The translations under genes and the position numbers were made by a program. From Nitrospirota bacterium (lineage in GTDB: Bacteria > Nitrospirota > UBA9217), in contig DASPSR010000052.1 in NCBI GenBank assembly GCA_035623825.1, positions 10,699-74,698 of the forward strand: a DNA stretch of 64,000 bases, given 5' to 3'. The notes beneath the pieces were generated by a model, which saw only the letters and a list, made by a program, of their open reading frames with translations, made no database searches and was not told the DNA's origin. Positions 1 through 10,701 of the stretch are shown in pieces. Position 1 is the stretch's first letter, and each line of letters begins with the position of its first letter.

Positions 1-441
1 GACAAAATGGGTAGAATCGCCGAGGCGATCGAGGACTTTGAAATGGCGTTGAGATTAAATATGATGGATCCCGGGACCGTGGCGTGGGCTCATAATAATC
101 TGGGGATTCTCTATGGCAAGGCAGGGATGTACGACCGTTCAATAGCTGAATTCAATATCGCCATTGCGATTGACCCAAACAACCCGATCACGTTTAACAA
201 CCGTGGTTTTGCCTATGCCTATAACGGTCAGGACCGAAAGGCAATAGAGGATTTCACTAAGGCGATTATCCTGGACCAGAACTATGCGAGCGCTTATTTT
301 CAACGGGGTGATGCATACCTAAGAACAGGCAATAAGGAGCTGGCGATTGCAGATTTCCAAAAAGGGTGTGATTTGGGCGACATGTACGCATGTAGCGCAT
401 TGCAAGCCGCACGGATGATAAAGCCACAAAAGGGGAATTGA
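1..441 (+). CDS. TPR-repeat C-terminus of a probable TMTC-like protein (5' end outside window)
   Basis: Frame is open from base 1. It has TPR motifs, and its end (YLRTGNKELAIADFQKGCDLGD) closely matches the end of the downstream TMTC-like gene (YLRTGKRELALRDFQKGCALGD). Confidence 0.75.
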   Translation, partial: DKMGRIAEAIEDFEMALRLNMMDPGTVAWAHNNLGILYGKAGMYDRSIAEFNIAIAIDPNNPITFNNRGFAYAYNGQDRKAIEDFTKAIILDQNYASAYFQRGDAYLRTGNKELAIADFQKGCDLGDMYACSALQAARMIKPQKGN

Positions 442-625
442 GAATACATGCGAGTCCCTTACGATGGCGCCGTATACCGGGGTTTTGGAAGAGGGGTATT
501 CATTTCGATATAATTGATTTTCAGGGTCGGCATGACACGAGGGGGCGCTATCTGCTGGCGCGTGCGCGCCCTCTCTCTGAGTCAGTCAGGGGATCATTTT
601 TCCCCGGGTTCTTTGGGAGCTGCCG

Positions 626-2419
626 GTGAGCATATCGAAAAACCTCAAATATTACCTTGCAGGCTCAGTCGCGATCGTCACCTTTGCGGTTTATCTCGCT
701 TCTCTCCGGAATGATTTCGTCAATTGGGATGATCCTACCTATATCACCGAGAATCCGTATATTCGCTCCTTAAATCCCGCTTTTCTCAAGTTCGCCATCT
801 TCGATTTTTACGCCGGCAACTGGCATCCCCTCACCTGGATATCTCATGCCGTAGACTACGCCATCTGGGGGGCAAATCCTCTTGGACATCATCTGACCAG
901 CAGCATTCTCCACGCCGTCAACGCCTTTCTGGTGGTCGTGCTCATTATGAGGCTGCAAGAGATCACAAAAGGGATGGCGCTTTGCGGTCAGGGGTCGTCA
1001 TCGCAGGATGAGCGCGGGATGCTTATAACGGCAGGAGTGACGGGATTGCTGTTCGGCCTGCATCCCGTGCATGTCGAATCGGTGGCATGGGTCGCAGAAA
1101 GGAAAGACCTTCTTTGTGCCCTGTTCTTCCTGCTTAGTATCATCTGGTACGGGAAATACGTAACGGCGACTGGCGCTGAGCCGACCGACAATGCGGTCCG
1201 ATCACGTTTTTACAGAAGGGAATATCTGCTTTCGTTCGGCTTTTTCGTTCTTGCCCTGATGAGCAAGCCGATGGCGGTGAGTCTTCCGGTAGTTCTGCTG
1301 ATCCTCGACTGGTATCCGTTTCGCAGGCTGCGTTCCGGCCCAACGGCAAGAACAGCACTCGCTGAGAAAATTCCCTTTTTCATGTTCACCCTGATATCCT
1401 CGGCCATTACCGTTCTTGCGCAGCGGGCAGGAGGGGCATTGGCGCCGATAGAAGTCATACCGCTATCCACTCGACTGCTTGCAGCGGTCAGGGCGGTAGT
1501 CATCTATCTGGCGAAAATTGTCCTGCCCGTGGATTTACTCCCCTTTTATCAGTATCCGCGACATGTATCGTCGCTGACATTGGCGGGCTATTTCCTTGCA
1601 GTCGCAGCGGTTGCCGGGATCACGGTTCTGTGCGTGATCATTGCAAAAAAAAGGCGGTTATGGCCATCCATATGGGCTTACTATCTTGTCACGCTGCTTC
1701 CCGTGCTAGGCATTGTTCAAGTAGGCAGTCAATCCATGGCAGACAGATACCTTTATCTGCCCAGTATCGGTCCATTCCTTGCATTGGGCTTGATCGTTGA
1801 ACGGGTTTACAGGAAGCAGAAGGCCTTCGTACGTTGGAGACAGATGGTCGTTTTTGCCTGTTCAGTGCTGGCAGTTTTTATAGTCGTTTCCATGGTCTCC
1901 TTGACATTCAAACAGATAGCCACATGGAAGGACAGTTTTGCTCTCTGGGGTTCTGCCATTGAGAAGGAGCCTGAGGGGGGGGCGATGGCCTACTATGGCC
2001 TCGGTTCAGCTTACCAAAAGAATGGACTCATTGAAAAGGCGGCCGAAAACTTCGATAAGGCAATCTCATTGGATGAATCGTTTTATCAGGCTTATGATAA
2101 TAAAGGCGTTATCTACGGCGACGTCGGGCAGTACGATAAAGCGCTGGAGTGTTTCAATAAGGCGATCGCAATTCGGCCAAACTATAGCGCTTATGGTAAC
2201 AGAGGATTGACCTTTTTTTTCCTTGGCCTGTACGACAATGCCTTGGACGATCTTTCCCGCGCGATCGAATTGAACAAGAATTTCAGCGCGGCCTATTTTA
2301 ACCGGGGAAATGTTTACCTCAGAACGGGCAAGAGAGAGCTTGCTCTTAGAGACTTTCAGAAAGGATGTGCCCTCGGCGACAGAAGATCGTGTGGCGCGCT
2401 GCAAGCTTCGGGGCTATGA
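626..2419 (+). CDS. TMTC-like multi-pass GT-C glycosyltransferase (O-mannosyltransferase-like) with C-terminal TPRs
   Basis: Motifs FVNWDD, WHPLTW, LHPVHVESVAWVAERKD and ADRYLYLP; many TM helices; TPR tail. Confidence 0.85.
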   Translation: MSISKNLKYYLAGSVAIVTFAVYLASLRNDFVNWDDPTYITENPYIRSLNPAFLKFAIFDFYAGNWHPLTWISHAVDYAIWGANPLGHHLTSSILHAVNAFLVVVLIMRLQEITKGMALCGQGSSSQDERGMLITAGVTGLLFGLHPVHVESVAWVAERKDLLCALFFLLSIIWYGKYVTATGAEPTDNAVRSRFYRREYLLSFGFFVLALMSKPMAVSLPVVLLILDWYPFRRLRSGPTARTALAEKIPFFMFTLISSAITVLAQRAGGALAPIEVIPLSTRLLAAVRAVVIYLAKIVLPVDLLPFYQYPRHVSSLTLAGYFLAVAAVAGITVLCVIIAKKRRLWPSIWAYYLVTLLPVLGIVQVGSQSMADRYLYLPSIGPFLALGLIVERVYRKQKAFVRWRQMVVFACSVLAVFIVVSMVSLTFKQIATWKDSFALWGSAIEKEPEGGAMAYYGLGSAYQKNGLIEKAAENFDKAISLDESFYQAYDNKGVIYGDVGQYDKALECFNKAIAIRPNYSAYGNRGLTFFFLGLYDNALDDLSRAIELNKNFSAAYFNRGNVYLRTGKRELALRDFQKGCALGDRRSCGALQASGL

Positions 2420-2606
2420 CAATGACGCCGTCCACATGAAATCAGCGAGAAAATAATTGTAGACTTTGACCTAAGATGCTGATAATATTTGCTGGGGACG
2501 TTCTCCTTCAAGTGTGCCGGTCTTCGATAAATCCATATTTCCGAAAGAGGCCTCTCCCCTCAATCCTCGGATTCCATTTCGACAGATACAATGCAGAGGG
2601 CAGACC

Positions 2607-3347
2607 TTGGTTAATGGTAAAAAAGTAGTTGTAGTTCTTCCCGCCTATAACGCTGCAAAGACATTGAAGATGACTTACGAAGAGATCCCCTTTGCATTTG
2701 TTGATGATGTTGTTCTTGTCGATGATGCAAGCTGGGATGGTACGCCCAAAGTAGCTCAAGAGCTTGGCATCAACGTGATTATCCATGAAAAGAACATCGG
2801 CTACGGCGGGAATCAGAAGACTTGTTATAAAAAGGCACTGGAGCTGGGAGCCGACATTGTCATTATGCTGCATCCCGACTACCAATATACACCAAAGCTG
2901 ATACCAACAATGGCCACCATGATAGCCTACGGTGAATTCGATGCTGTCCTGGCCTCGCGCATCCTGGGAATCGGCGCCTTGCGGGGTGGAATGCCGCTTT
3001 ATAAATACACTTCCAACCGTATCCTTACGCTTATTGAAAATCTCCTTCTCGGCCATAAGCTTTCTGAGTATCATACCGGGTATCGTGCTTTTTCCAGGGA
3101 GATTTTGGAAAGGCTCCCGCTTGACATGAACTCGAACGATTTTATTTTTGACAACCAGATGCTGGCTCAGCTCATCTGGTTTGGATACCGGATAGGTGAG
3201 GTCAGCTGTCCCACCAAGTATTTCGAGGAAGCATCATCCATCAGTTTCTGGCGGAGTGTCATCTACGGATTTGGAGTGTTGAAAACGGCTTTGCAGTTCC
3301 GTCTTTGCAAATTGGGATTTTCAACCTGTTCCCTTTTCAGGGCGTGA
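2607..3347 (+). CDS. GT2 family glycosyltransferase (DPM1/polyprenol-phosphate sugar synthase-like)
   Basis: PAYNAA, VDDASWDGT, GYGGNQKT and HPDYQY motifs. Start taken as TTG at 2607 after an AGAGGG RBS; the ORF track starts at 2514. Confidence 0.85.
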   Translation: MVNGKKVVVVLPAYNAAKTLKMTYEEIPFAFVDDVVLVDDASWDGTPKVAQELGINVIIHEKNIGYGGNQKTCYKKALELGADIVIMLHPDYQYTPKLIPTMATMIAYGEFDAVLASRILGIGALRGGMPLYKYTSNRILTLIENLLLGHKLSEYHTGYRAFSREILERLPLDMNSNDFIFDNQMLAQLIWFGYRIGEVSCPTKYFEEASSISFWRSVIYGFGVLKTALQFRLCKLGFSTCSLFRA

Positions 3348-3545
3348 ATATATACAAATCACTCTCGCGGCACAGATGAGTTCGAAAACCCGCCCCAGCC
3401 ATGGATCCGATGTCCCTACTGTCCCTTTCCCTCTGACAGTGCATAATAAAGCGCGCTATTCGCGGGAGCATCTCGCATCAAATCCCTTTTTTTATTCTTG
3501 GAGGCAGCCTGCGAATTCTTCTTTTGCCGACGACGTCGGCTGGAT

Positions 3546-3731
3546 TCAGATGATCCGGGAGGGATTTTTATTGCCTTCTACGATGGAAGGAAATGAGTAA
3601 GAATTCAGGATAAATTTTAGCAGCAGATGTCGTTCTTCAAGTGGCAGGTCAAGGTATAGATCGCTGTCCATAAGAATATTGACCAGCTCTTTTTGTTGCA
3701 TGGAAAGGTTGTTTAATATGTTTTTTTTCAT
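3546..3731 (-). CDS. small hypothetical protein (~61 aa)
   Basis: ORF MKKNILNNLSMQQKELVNILMDSDLYLDLPLEERHLLLKFIL..., amphipathic-helix-like, directly downstream of a sigma54-type promoter. Confidence 0.5.
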   Translation of the reverse strand: MKKNILNNLSMQQKELVNILMDSDLYLDLPLEERHLLLKFILNSYSFPSIVEGNKNPSRII

Positions 3732-3760
3732 TGCCACATTACACCTTTATATATTTTTTA

Positions 3761-3776
3761 TGCATTAAATATGCCA
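3761..3776 (-). promoter_or_regulatory. sigma54 (-24/-12) promoter
   Basis: Minus strand reads TGGCATATTTAATGCA, a GG-N10-GC match, in AT-rich DNA 30 bp upstream of the small ORF. Confidence 0.55.
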
Positions 3777-4052
3777 TAGGCTATCTTATTAAATAAAATA
3801 GTGTTTTTGGCTGCAGGGACCATCATAGCAGACCATGACTTTTGACTTTATCACCAGCGGTATAGGTGAAATAACCAGTACTTAAATACTGATTGACAAA
3901 GGAAGTCCTTGCATAGAGTGATTCTCCTCGGCAGAACAGTTGACTGGGAGAGTCCGCCGTGATAGTATCCCTTCCGATTTTTTGAGTGGATATGCCGACA
4001 TAATGCGCAGGACAAAACATCCACGACGTTTGAGGAGGTACCAAGGTACGAT

Positions 4053-5738
4053 ATGGCACATGAACCGAACAAAGTGATCTATTCCATGGTGGGGGTTGGC
4101 AAGTTCTACGACAAGAAACCGGTTCTGAAGGATATATATCTTTCCTACTTCTACGGCGCGAAGATCGGAGTTCTCGGTCTCAATGGCTCCGGCAAGAGCT
4201 CGCTGCTCAGGATCATGGCCGGGATCGATAAGGAATTTGCAGGCGAGGCAGTTCTCTCTCCGGGGTATACAGTCGGATTTTTGGAGCAGGAGCCGAAACT
4301 CGATCTTGACAAGACCGTGCGCCAGATTGTGGAAGAGGGCGTTCAACAGATTGTAGACCTCCTGAATGAGTTCAACAAAATCAACGAGAGTTTTGGGAAA
4401 CCCATGTCAGACGATGAAATGACTGAGCTTATCGCGCGCCAGGGCGAAGTGCAGGAAAAGCTGGACCATGCGAACGCTTGGGACCTGGATTCCAGGCTTG
4501 AGATGGCTATGGACGCCCTACGCTGCCCTCCCGGCGACACACCCGTTAGGGTACTGTCCGGGGGTGAGAGGCGGCGCGTGGCATTGTGCCGTTTGCTTCT
4601 CCTGAAGCCGGACATCCTGCTTCTTGACGAGCCGACGAATCATCTGGATGCTGAATCCGTCGCCTGGCTGGAGCACCATCTTCAGAAATATGAGGGCACG
4701 GTGATAGCAGTGACCCACGATCGCTATTTCCTCGATAACGTGGCAGGCTGGATACTCGAGCTTGACCGCGGCCAAGGCATCCCGTGGAAAGGGAACTACT
4801 CATCATGGCTTGAGCAGAAGCAGGAGCGTCTAAGGCAGGAAGAGAAGGCAGAGAGCGAGCGCCAGAAAACACTCCAGCACGAGCTTGATTGGATCAGGAT
4901 GTCTCCAAAGGGCAGGTATGCAAAAGCGAAGGCGCGGATCAGCTCTTACGAGGCACTGCTCGGCCAGCAAGGGGAGAAGCGCGCCAAGGAGCTCGAGATC
5001 TACATCCCTCCCGGGCCGAGGCTCGGCAAGGTGGTGATTGAGGCAGAAAACGTGACCAAGGCTTACGGCGACAACATTCTTGTGGAGAACATGTCGTTCA
5101 TGCTCCCGCCGGGCGGTATCGTGGGCGTGATCGGGCCAAACGGCGCGGGCAAAACCACGCTCTTCCGCATTATCGCAAGCCAGGAAAAGGCTGACAAAGG
5201 CGCGATCAGAATCGGAGAGACGGTAAAACTCGGTTACGTCGATCAGAGCAGGGATGTTCTGGATCCGAACAAGACCATCTGGCAAGCGATCACGGGCGGA
5301 CAAGACCAAATTCAGCTCGGAAAACAGCTGGTGAACTCCCGAGCGTACGTGTCGCGATTTAACTTCTCGGGCACGGATCAGCAGAAGAAGGTGGGCATGC
5401 TCTCGGGCGGGGAGCGAAACCGCGTGCATCTGGCGCGCGTGCTCAAGGAAGGTGCAAACGTGCTGCTCCTGGACGAGCCTACGAACGACCTTGACGTGAA
5501 CACCATGCGGGCGCTCGAAGAAGCACTCGAGAACTTCGCCGGCTGCGCCGTTGTCATCAGCCACGACAGATGGTTCCTCGACCGCATCGCCACGCACATC
5601 CTCGCCTTTGAGGGAGAGAGCAGGGTGGTCTTCTTTGACGGGAACTATTCTGAGTATGAGGCTGACCGGAAAGCCAGGCTCGGCACCGAGGCAGATCAGC
5701 CTCATAGGATCAAGTACAGGCATTTGACGAGGTCATGA
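4053..5738 (+). CDS. ettA: energy-dependent translational throttle protein EttA (ABC-F)
   Basis: LSYFYGAKIGVLGLNGSGKS N-terminus, two ABC domains, IPWKGNYSSWLEQK linker, PHRIKYR tail. Confidence 0.95.
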   Translation: MAHEPNKVIYSMVGVGKFYDKKPVLKDIYLSYFYGAKIGVLGLNGSGKSSLLRIMAGIDKEFAGEAVLSPGYTVGFLEQEPKLDLDKTVRQIVEEGVQQIVDLLNEFNKINESFGKPMSDDEMTELIARQGEVQEKLDHANAWDLDSRLEMAMDALRCPPGDTPVRVLSGGERRRVALCRLLLLKPDILLLDEPTNHLDAESVAWLEHHLQKYEGTVIAVTHDRYFLDNVAGWILELDRGQGIPWKGNYSSWLEQKQERLRQEEKAESERQKTLQHELDWIRMSPKGRYAKAKARISSYEALLGQQGEKRAKELEIYIPPGPRLGKVVIEAENVTKAYGDNILVENMSFMLPPGGIVGVIGPNGAGKTTLFRIIASQEKADKGAIRIGETVKLGYVDQSRDVLDPNKTIWQAITGGQDQIQLGKQLVNSRAYVSRFNFSGTDQQKKVGMLSGGERNRVHLARVLKEGANVLLLDEPTNDLDVNTMRALEEALENFAGCAVVISHDRWFLDRIATHILAFEGESRVVFFDGNYSEYEADRKARLGTEADQPHRIKYRHLTRS

Positions 5739-6190
5739 TCGCCCAGAGCACCGCGGAGGATACTCTCTAAGGTATACGGCGATGAAACTGCGGGCATCCT
5801 CGATGCCGGCGATCTTCAAGGTCTCTATGTTTTGGCACCTGTACGGCAATGAGGGGACCTCGGGGTTAACTTCCAAGGTGCACCGAGTCGGAGATCCGCA
5901 CGTCGCTCTTCCTCAAAATCGGCTGGGGATAGCCCCAGGGATAAGAGGCGGCATGCTATTGAAGCGATGCAATTCCCGCGTGAGCATTGTCAAGAAAAAG
6001 GACAACAGGGAAGTCGTTATTTTTTCGATTGACATAGTAGCGCGAGAAAGTGTACAAAAGAAGTTACACCCTTTGGCAAAAAGTGCCGGTTCCTTTGGAC
6101 GGCGCAGGCTGGACAAGGAATTCGGCTCAATCGGAGACGCGGGCGGATTCCTCCCGGTTATGGGGCGGGACAGGGTGAAAGGGGAAGGCG

Positions 6191-6508
6191 ATGTCGGAGT
6201 TCAAGAATGTGACTGTTGTTCGGGAGGCGAACATCTATTTCGGCGGCAAGGTCACGAGCAGGACGGTCCTATTCGGTGACGGATCAAAAAAGACACTCGG
6301 TGTAATGCTCCCGGGAGAGTACGAGTTCGGCACCGGTGATAAAGAGATCATGGAGATCTTTTCAGGCGATCTCGACGTGCTTCTTCCGGGGGAAAAGGCA
6401 TGGAAGACCGTCAAGGACGGTGAAGCTTTCGAAGTGGCTGCAAACTCGAAGTTCAGGCTGAAGGTGAGGAAGCTCACCGATTATTGCTGCTCGTTCGTCA
6501 AACCCTGA
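6191..6508 (+). CDS. ppnP: pyrimidine/purine nucleoside phosphorylase
   Basis: [29 protein letters not shown] and DYCCSF signature (DUF1255). Confidence 0.9.
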   Translation: MSEFKNVTVVREANIYFGGKVTSRTVLFGDGSKKTLGVMLPGEYEFGTGDKEIMEIFSGDLDVLLPGEKAWKTVKDGEAFEVAANSKFRLKVRKLTDYCCSFVKP

Positions 6509-6649
6509 CAAAGGCGGGGAATTCGGAAAACAGCAGGTATCATGGCTGGAGGCAAAAAGCAGGGCGGTGTGCGGGCCTTTACAATTCTAAAGGGTTGCCG
6601 CGCTCCCTTGGTCGCCAACCACGGCAATCTTATGAGACGGGAGGAGATA

Positions 6650-7180
6650 ATGAAGAAAATAGTTGTGTCGATTGTGCTGATTCTCATTGCGGCTGGTTGC
6701 ACCCAGCAGAAACAGGAGCAGAAGGGGCAAGGTGGCTTCCCGCAGGGCGCAGCGCAGATGGTCACTCCCGGCGATATAAAGCTCCTGGAAGAGAAGGCGA
6801 AGGCGAACCCGAAGAACGCCGACACCTGGGCAGCGCTCGGAAACGCGCTCTATGATTCCGCCAGGTTCAGCGAGGCCATCGACGCCTACCAGAAATCGCT
6901 CAACATCGATCCGAAAAACGTCGATGTGCGGGTCGACATGGGCACCTGTTACAGAAACATCCACAAGCCGGAGCTCGCCCTCGAGGAATACCGCAAGGCG
7001 CTCAAATTAAACCCCAATCATCCCTATGCCCACAGGAATTCAGGCATTGTGCTCGCGTTTGATCTGAACGACAAGGCGCAGGGGATAAGCGAGTTTGAGA
7101 AATACCTCGCAATTGCGCCGAATGATCCCTATGCCGGCCAGACCCGTCAACTGCTAGAACAATTAAAGACAGGGAAGTAG
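6650..7180 (+). CDS. TPR-repeat lipoprotein
   Basis: GAGGAG RBS before the ATG at 6650, lipobox AAGC, three to four TPRs. Confidence 0.8.
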   Translation: MKKIVVSIVLILIAAGCTQQKQEQKGQGGFPQGAAQMVTPGDIKLLEEKAKANPKNADTWAALGNALYDSARFSEAIDAYQKSLNIDPKNVDVRVDMGTCYRNIHKPELALEEYRKALKLNPNHPYAHRNSGIVLAFDLNDKAQGISEFEKYLAIAPNDPYAGQTRQLLEQLKTGK

Positions 7181-7193
7181 CACGTTTGATAAT

Positions 7194-7218
7194 AAGCCCC
7201 GGATGATATCCGGGGCTT
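7194..7218. terminator. hairpin, probable terminator between convergent genes
   Basis: AAGCCCCGGAT-GAT-ATCCGGGGCTT inverted repeat just after the stop at 7180; no clear U tail on +. Confidence 0.55.
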
Positions 7219-7555
7219 CCTGGGTACCGTCTTCTGCCATGTCCGCCTTCCCGCTCCTTCGCCGTTTCGCTTCCCTTTTACTCGTCACCATCTTTACCGT
7301 GTCAGATGCATAGGAGCACCGTCAATTCATATCCATCCGGCTGGTCATCCGGAATCTCCTAGCCGTGAAACGGATGGATTGCGGCTCCGCATGCATCACA
7401 GGGGAAGTCGCAGCTCGTGGTCCGTTAATGGCCGGTTCCCAGATGGTCCGGCGTCAGCAGATATTTTAAAGACGGCATGGCATGGGGGTGGTTGACGAGA
7501 AGTAGTCCTATGAACAGGCCGGGCGAATGAACGGCAGAGGGCGGTCTCCCGCATT

Positions 7556-9202
7556 TTAAGGAGCGCTGCCTTTTCTGTACAGTGTGAAAATTTCCGTGGG
7601 GTGGTTGGAAGGGCGTTTGCATTCCCACATTTTTTGCCATGGAGGCCCAGCTGACGCCCGAGACGCCCCACCCCGCTGTTCGAGAAGGAGGTCGCAGTTG
7701 CCTAGGCCTGAGGTCTCGGTACGTCGCGGCTGTATCCCGGTGAAATATTCAAGCATGCCTCTCTCCGACTCTCCCAGGCCCACGCTCGCGAGACAGGCAT
7801 ACCGATCGGGCATGGACTTTTTGAGCGCCGTGAATGTATCGCGGTAGCCCGAGCCTGCATTCAAGGCGGGAAGCCATAGCGTCATGACCAGTCCCCAGGT
7901 GAGGACCACCCCCAGGGTCCAGTTTACCACGGCGAACTCAGGCGAGCGGGTGACCTTGATGACAATGCAAAGCCATGCAAGGCTGTAAAGGACAGCTGCA
8001 GCGAGCAAAACACCGTTGACGGAGGGGACATAGTCTGGCTGGAACTCGTGAAGCCTCTGCGCTATTACGACGGGACTGCCTGTCATCATCGCAAACCACC
8101 CGAGCCACAAAAGGAGTGCCACGCCGCTGAAGAACAGAACACTCGAGCGGTTTGCGATAAGCTTAGCTTTCAGCGGAAGCAGATTGATCCCCGGTACGGC
8201 AATCAGGGTTATCGGCAGGAGCATCGGTACGGCATAGAGCGCCCGATTGGTCGAAGAGGCGCTGAGTATCACAATCATCACGATGAATGCAACCAGGGGG
8301 ATCTGGAAGAGGGGATGTTCACGCCAGGACCGCCTGAAACGCCAGAGTGCCCAGAACGCCGGCAGTACTACTGGCCAAGCGATCCACACGAGATTCAAAA
8401 TGTAATAACTGTGAGAATCCGGAGCAGCCGCATTGAAACCGACGGATCCCCTGTTGAACCCCAGGAATCTGCCGAAGTTCTGGTCCCAGAGCCAATGTAC
8501 GAAAAAATCGGGTGACCTTCTGTAAAGCGCGGCTGGCCAGATGACTATCCAGGGGAGCGCCCCTATCAGGGCGGCCACGAGGGACACGCCGTAGTCTTTT
8601 CGGCGCCATTGATGGAAAAGCACGGGGAGGGCGGCGGCCGTAACGCCAATAACGCCTGGGGCGAGCAACCCTTTGGTCAAAAATCCAATTCCTGCGCCGG
8701 CTCCGATCCAGAACCCGCCTGCTATTCGACGCCGCCTGGAAAGCGCGAACCCATAGAGAGCAATGGAAAAGCCGGAGAAGAGACCGACGTCGGTGATCAG
8801 CTTATGAGCAGTTACTTGCAGGTGAACGCAGCCGAGCAGCAGTATCACGGCAATCGCGGCGTTTTCCTTGCCGAACAGTTCTCGTGCCGTGAGCGCGAAA
8901 AACAGGAAAGACAGGAACATATAGAAAGCGGCAGCCATACGGGCGGCGTCGTACAGCTCCAAGGGAGGGGAAAACAGCCGTCCGAAGCCTGCTGCGGTCA
9001 GAAAAAGAAGCGGCGGCTTTTCGAGGAAGGCCTCACCCGCAAGCGAAGGCACAACCCAGTCGCCTGTCTTTATCATATTGTAGACGATGTTGAAGCTATA
9101 GGGCTCGTCTGCCTTCCAGGGTTCTCGGCCGACGGTGCCTGGTATGATCCAGAGCAGGAAGAGAAGAATAAGTGCCGGGAGCGAAAGAATGTTGATTTTC
9201 AT
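7556..9202 (-). CDS. ArnT/PMT-family (GT-C) glycosyltransferase
   Basis: PWKADEPY, GDWVVPSLAGEAFLEKPPL and GFLTKG motifs; ~13 TM segments. Confidence 0.85.
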   Translation of the reverse strand: MKINILSLPALILLFLLWIIPGTVGREPWKADEPYSFNIVYNMIKTGDWVVPSLAGEAFLEKPPLLFLTAAGFGRLFSPPLELYDAARMAAAFYMFLSFLFFALTARELFGKENAAIAVILLLGCVHLQVTAHKLITDVGLFSGFSIALYGFALSRRRRIAGGFWIGAGAGIGFLTKGLLAPGVIGVTAAALPVLFHQWRRKDYGVSLVAALIGALPWIVIWPAALYRRSPDFFVHWLWDQNFGRFLGFNRGSVGFNAAAPDSHSYYILNLVWIAWPVVLPAFWALWRFRRSWREHPLFQIPLVAFIVMIVILSASSTNRALYAVPMLLPITLIAVPGINLLPLKAKLIANRSSVLFFSGVALLLWLGWFAMMTGSPVVIAQRLHEFQPDYVPSVNGVLLAAAVLYSLAWLCIVIKVTRSPEFAVVNWTLGVVLTWGLVMTLWLPALNAGSGYRDTFTALKKSMPDRYACLASVGLGESERGMLEYFTGIQPRRTETSGLGNCDLLLEQRGGASRASAGPPWQKMWECKRPSNHPTEIFTLYRKGSAP

Positions 9203-9495
9203 AGAAAAATCGAGCGCCAGTACCCTGACTCGCCATTTAGCGCCATGCGCAGGCAGGCCGCTCGCGGGTTCAAAAGAGGTTGCATGCTTTTATAGTACAG
9301 GTAGAAGTCGGTTGTCAAGCTGGAATTGCCCCAAGAGCGGTTTCATGCGGTAGGCAATTTCGACGATCGCTGCACTGCTCATCAAGAGTTCTGGCCAATG
9401 CCGAACCTGCGGCGTTTCGGTCATGATAGTGTCCGGGTTTTAATTTTCTTGATATGGATATCCAATTCTGATAGACTCGACAAGTACTGTCGGCG

Positions 9496-10701
9496 ATGGG
9501 GGTGAAGGCGGTGTCATTTTACAATAGGCGCGCAATGTGGCTGGCGTGGACAGGTTGGGCAGCTCTGTTCCTCGTGGTTGCTGCGATGATTGTTTCAGGG
9601 ACCACTCGGACTGCCGTTCCCCCCTACCGGCTGGCCGCCCTGAACTGGATCGCCGGACAAGGCCTTTACGACGGCACCGGCGTAGGGGGGTTCGTCTATT
9701 TTCCGCAAGCGGCCATTCTGTTCGTGCCGTTTGCATTGCTTCCCCAAGCAGTGAGCGAGATCCTCTGGCGTCTCATAATCATCGGCACGTTCGCGGTGGG
9801 CCTCCGCGGCTTCGCAGCACTTGCGGGTGATAAGACAGAAAAAGAGCTCTTTCCGCTCATGACGCTCGTGGCAATCCCGCTGGCATGGGACTGTGCCCGG
9901 AACGGCCAAGCCACTCTTATCATGACCGGCTTTATGCTCCTCGCGGTCGTCGATTCGGCCCGAAGCCGCTGGTGGCGCGCTACGCTGTGGCTGGCCCTCG
10001 GCGTGGCCATCAAGCCTCTCGCACTCGTACTCGTCCTGCTGATCGCGGTAATCGACCGCCCAATGACCTGGCGCGTGCTCCTGGGCATGATAGCTCTCGC
10101 GTTGTCGCCCTTTGCGGTCCAGCACCCGCTCTACGTCTTCCAGCAGTATTCGGCGTGCCTGCAGAACATGACGACGGCGGCGCACGTCGGTGTGGTCGCG
10201 CACGGATGGACGACGCCGTTCACGGCGCTGCGGGCGGTTGCCGGCGTAGACGTACCCGAGCGTATCCAGACCATTATGCGACTCATCGGTGCCGCCGTAA
10301 CTCTGGGACTCTGCTTCTTTGCAAGGCGGCGGTTCGATGCGACCCGTTCCGCGGTCTTCCTGTTCTCGCTGGCCGTCCTCTACCTGATGCTTTTCAGCCC
10401 TCGGACGGAGAACAATACCTACGCGATGCTTGGTCCGGCGATCGGCGTGTTTCTCGCTTGTGCGTTCCTGGTCGAGAAACGGACCGGGGAAGGAATCCTG
10501 CTCGCGGCCATGGTATTTACCCTTGCTAGCAGCCGGGTGATCGAGCGCCTGGTTGCGCCTCGCGCAGAAGCAATCTGGCTCCCACCCCTCGTGGCGGCAT
10601 GCTTTGCCGTATACCTGCTGGCCCGGTTTTTCAGAGAACCGATGATGCAGACAGACGAGGTGACCCGAAGCGCTGCCGGCCGTCGCCAAAGTACCTCATG
10701 A
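9496..10701 (+). CDS. GT87/DUF2029-like membrane glycosyltransferase
   Basis: LYD, FVYFPQAAILFVPF, NGQ and AIKP motifs; highly hydrophobic. Confidence 0.75.
   Translation: MGVKAVSFYNRRAMWLAWTGWAALFLVVAAMIVSGTTRTAVPPYRLAALNWIAGQGLYDGTGVGGFVYFPQAAILFVPFALLPQAVSEILWRLIIIGTFAVGLRGFAALAGDKTEKELFPLMTLVAIPLAWDCARNGQATLIMTGFMLLAVVDSARSRWWRATLWLALGVAIKPLALVLVLLIAVIDRPMTWRVLLGMIALALSPFAVQHPLYVFQQYSACLQNMTTAAHVGVVAHGWTTPFTALRAVAGVDVPERIQTIMRLIGAAVTLGLCFFARRRFDATRSAVFLFSLAVLYLMLFSPRTENNTYAMLGPAIGVFLACAFLVEKRTGEGILLAAMVFTLASSRVIERLVAPRAEAIWLPPLVAACFAVYLLARFFREPMMQTDEVTRSAAGRRQSTS

Noticed and set aside
5880-5891. GCACCGAGTCGG, identical to part of the SpCas9 tracrRNA scaffold
   Set aside because: Only 12 nt, the hairpin is not completed, and there are no cas genes or repeat-spacer array; chance match.
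7330-7380. Hairpin ATCCATCCG...CGGATGGAT as an ncRNA or REP element
   Set aside because: Single copy in the window, with no promoter or family resemblance.
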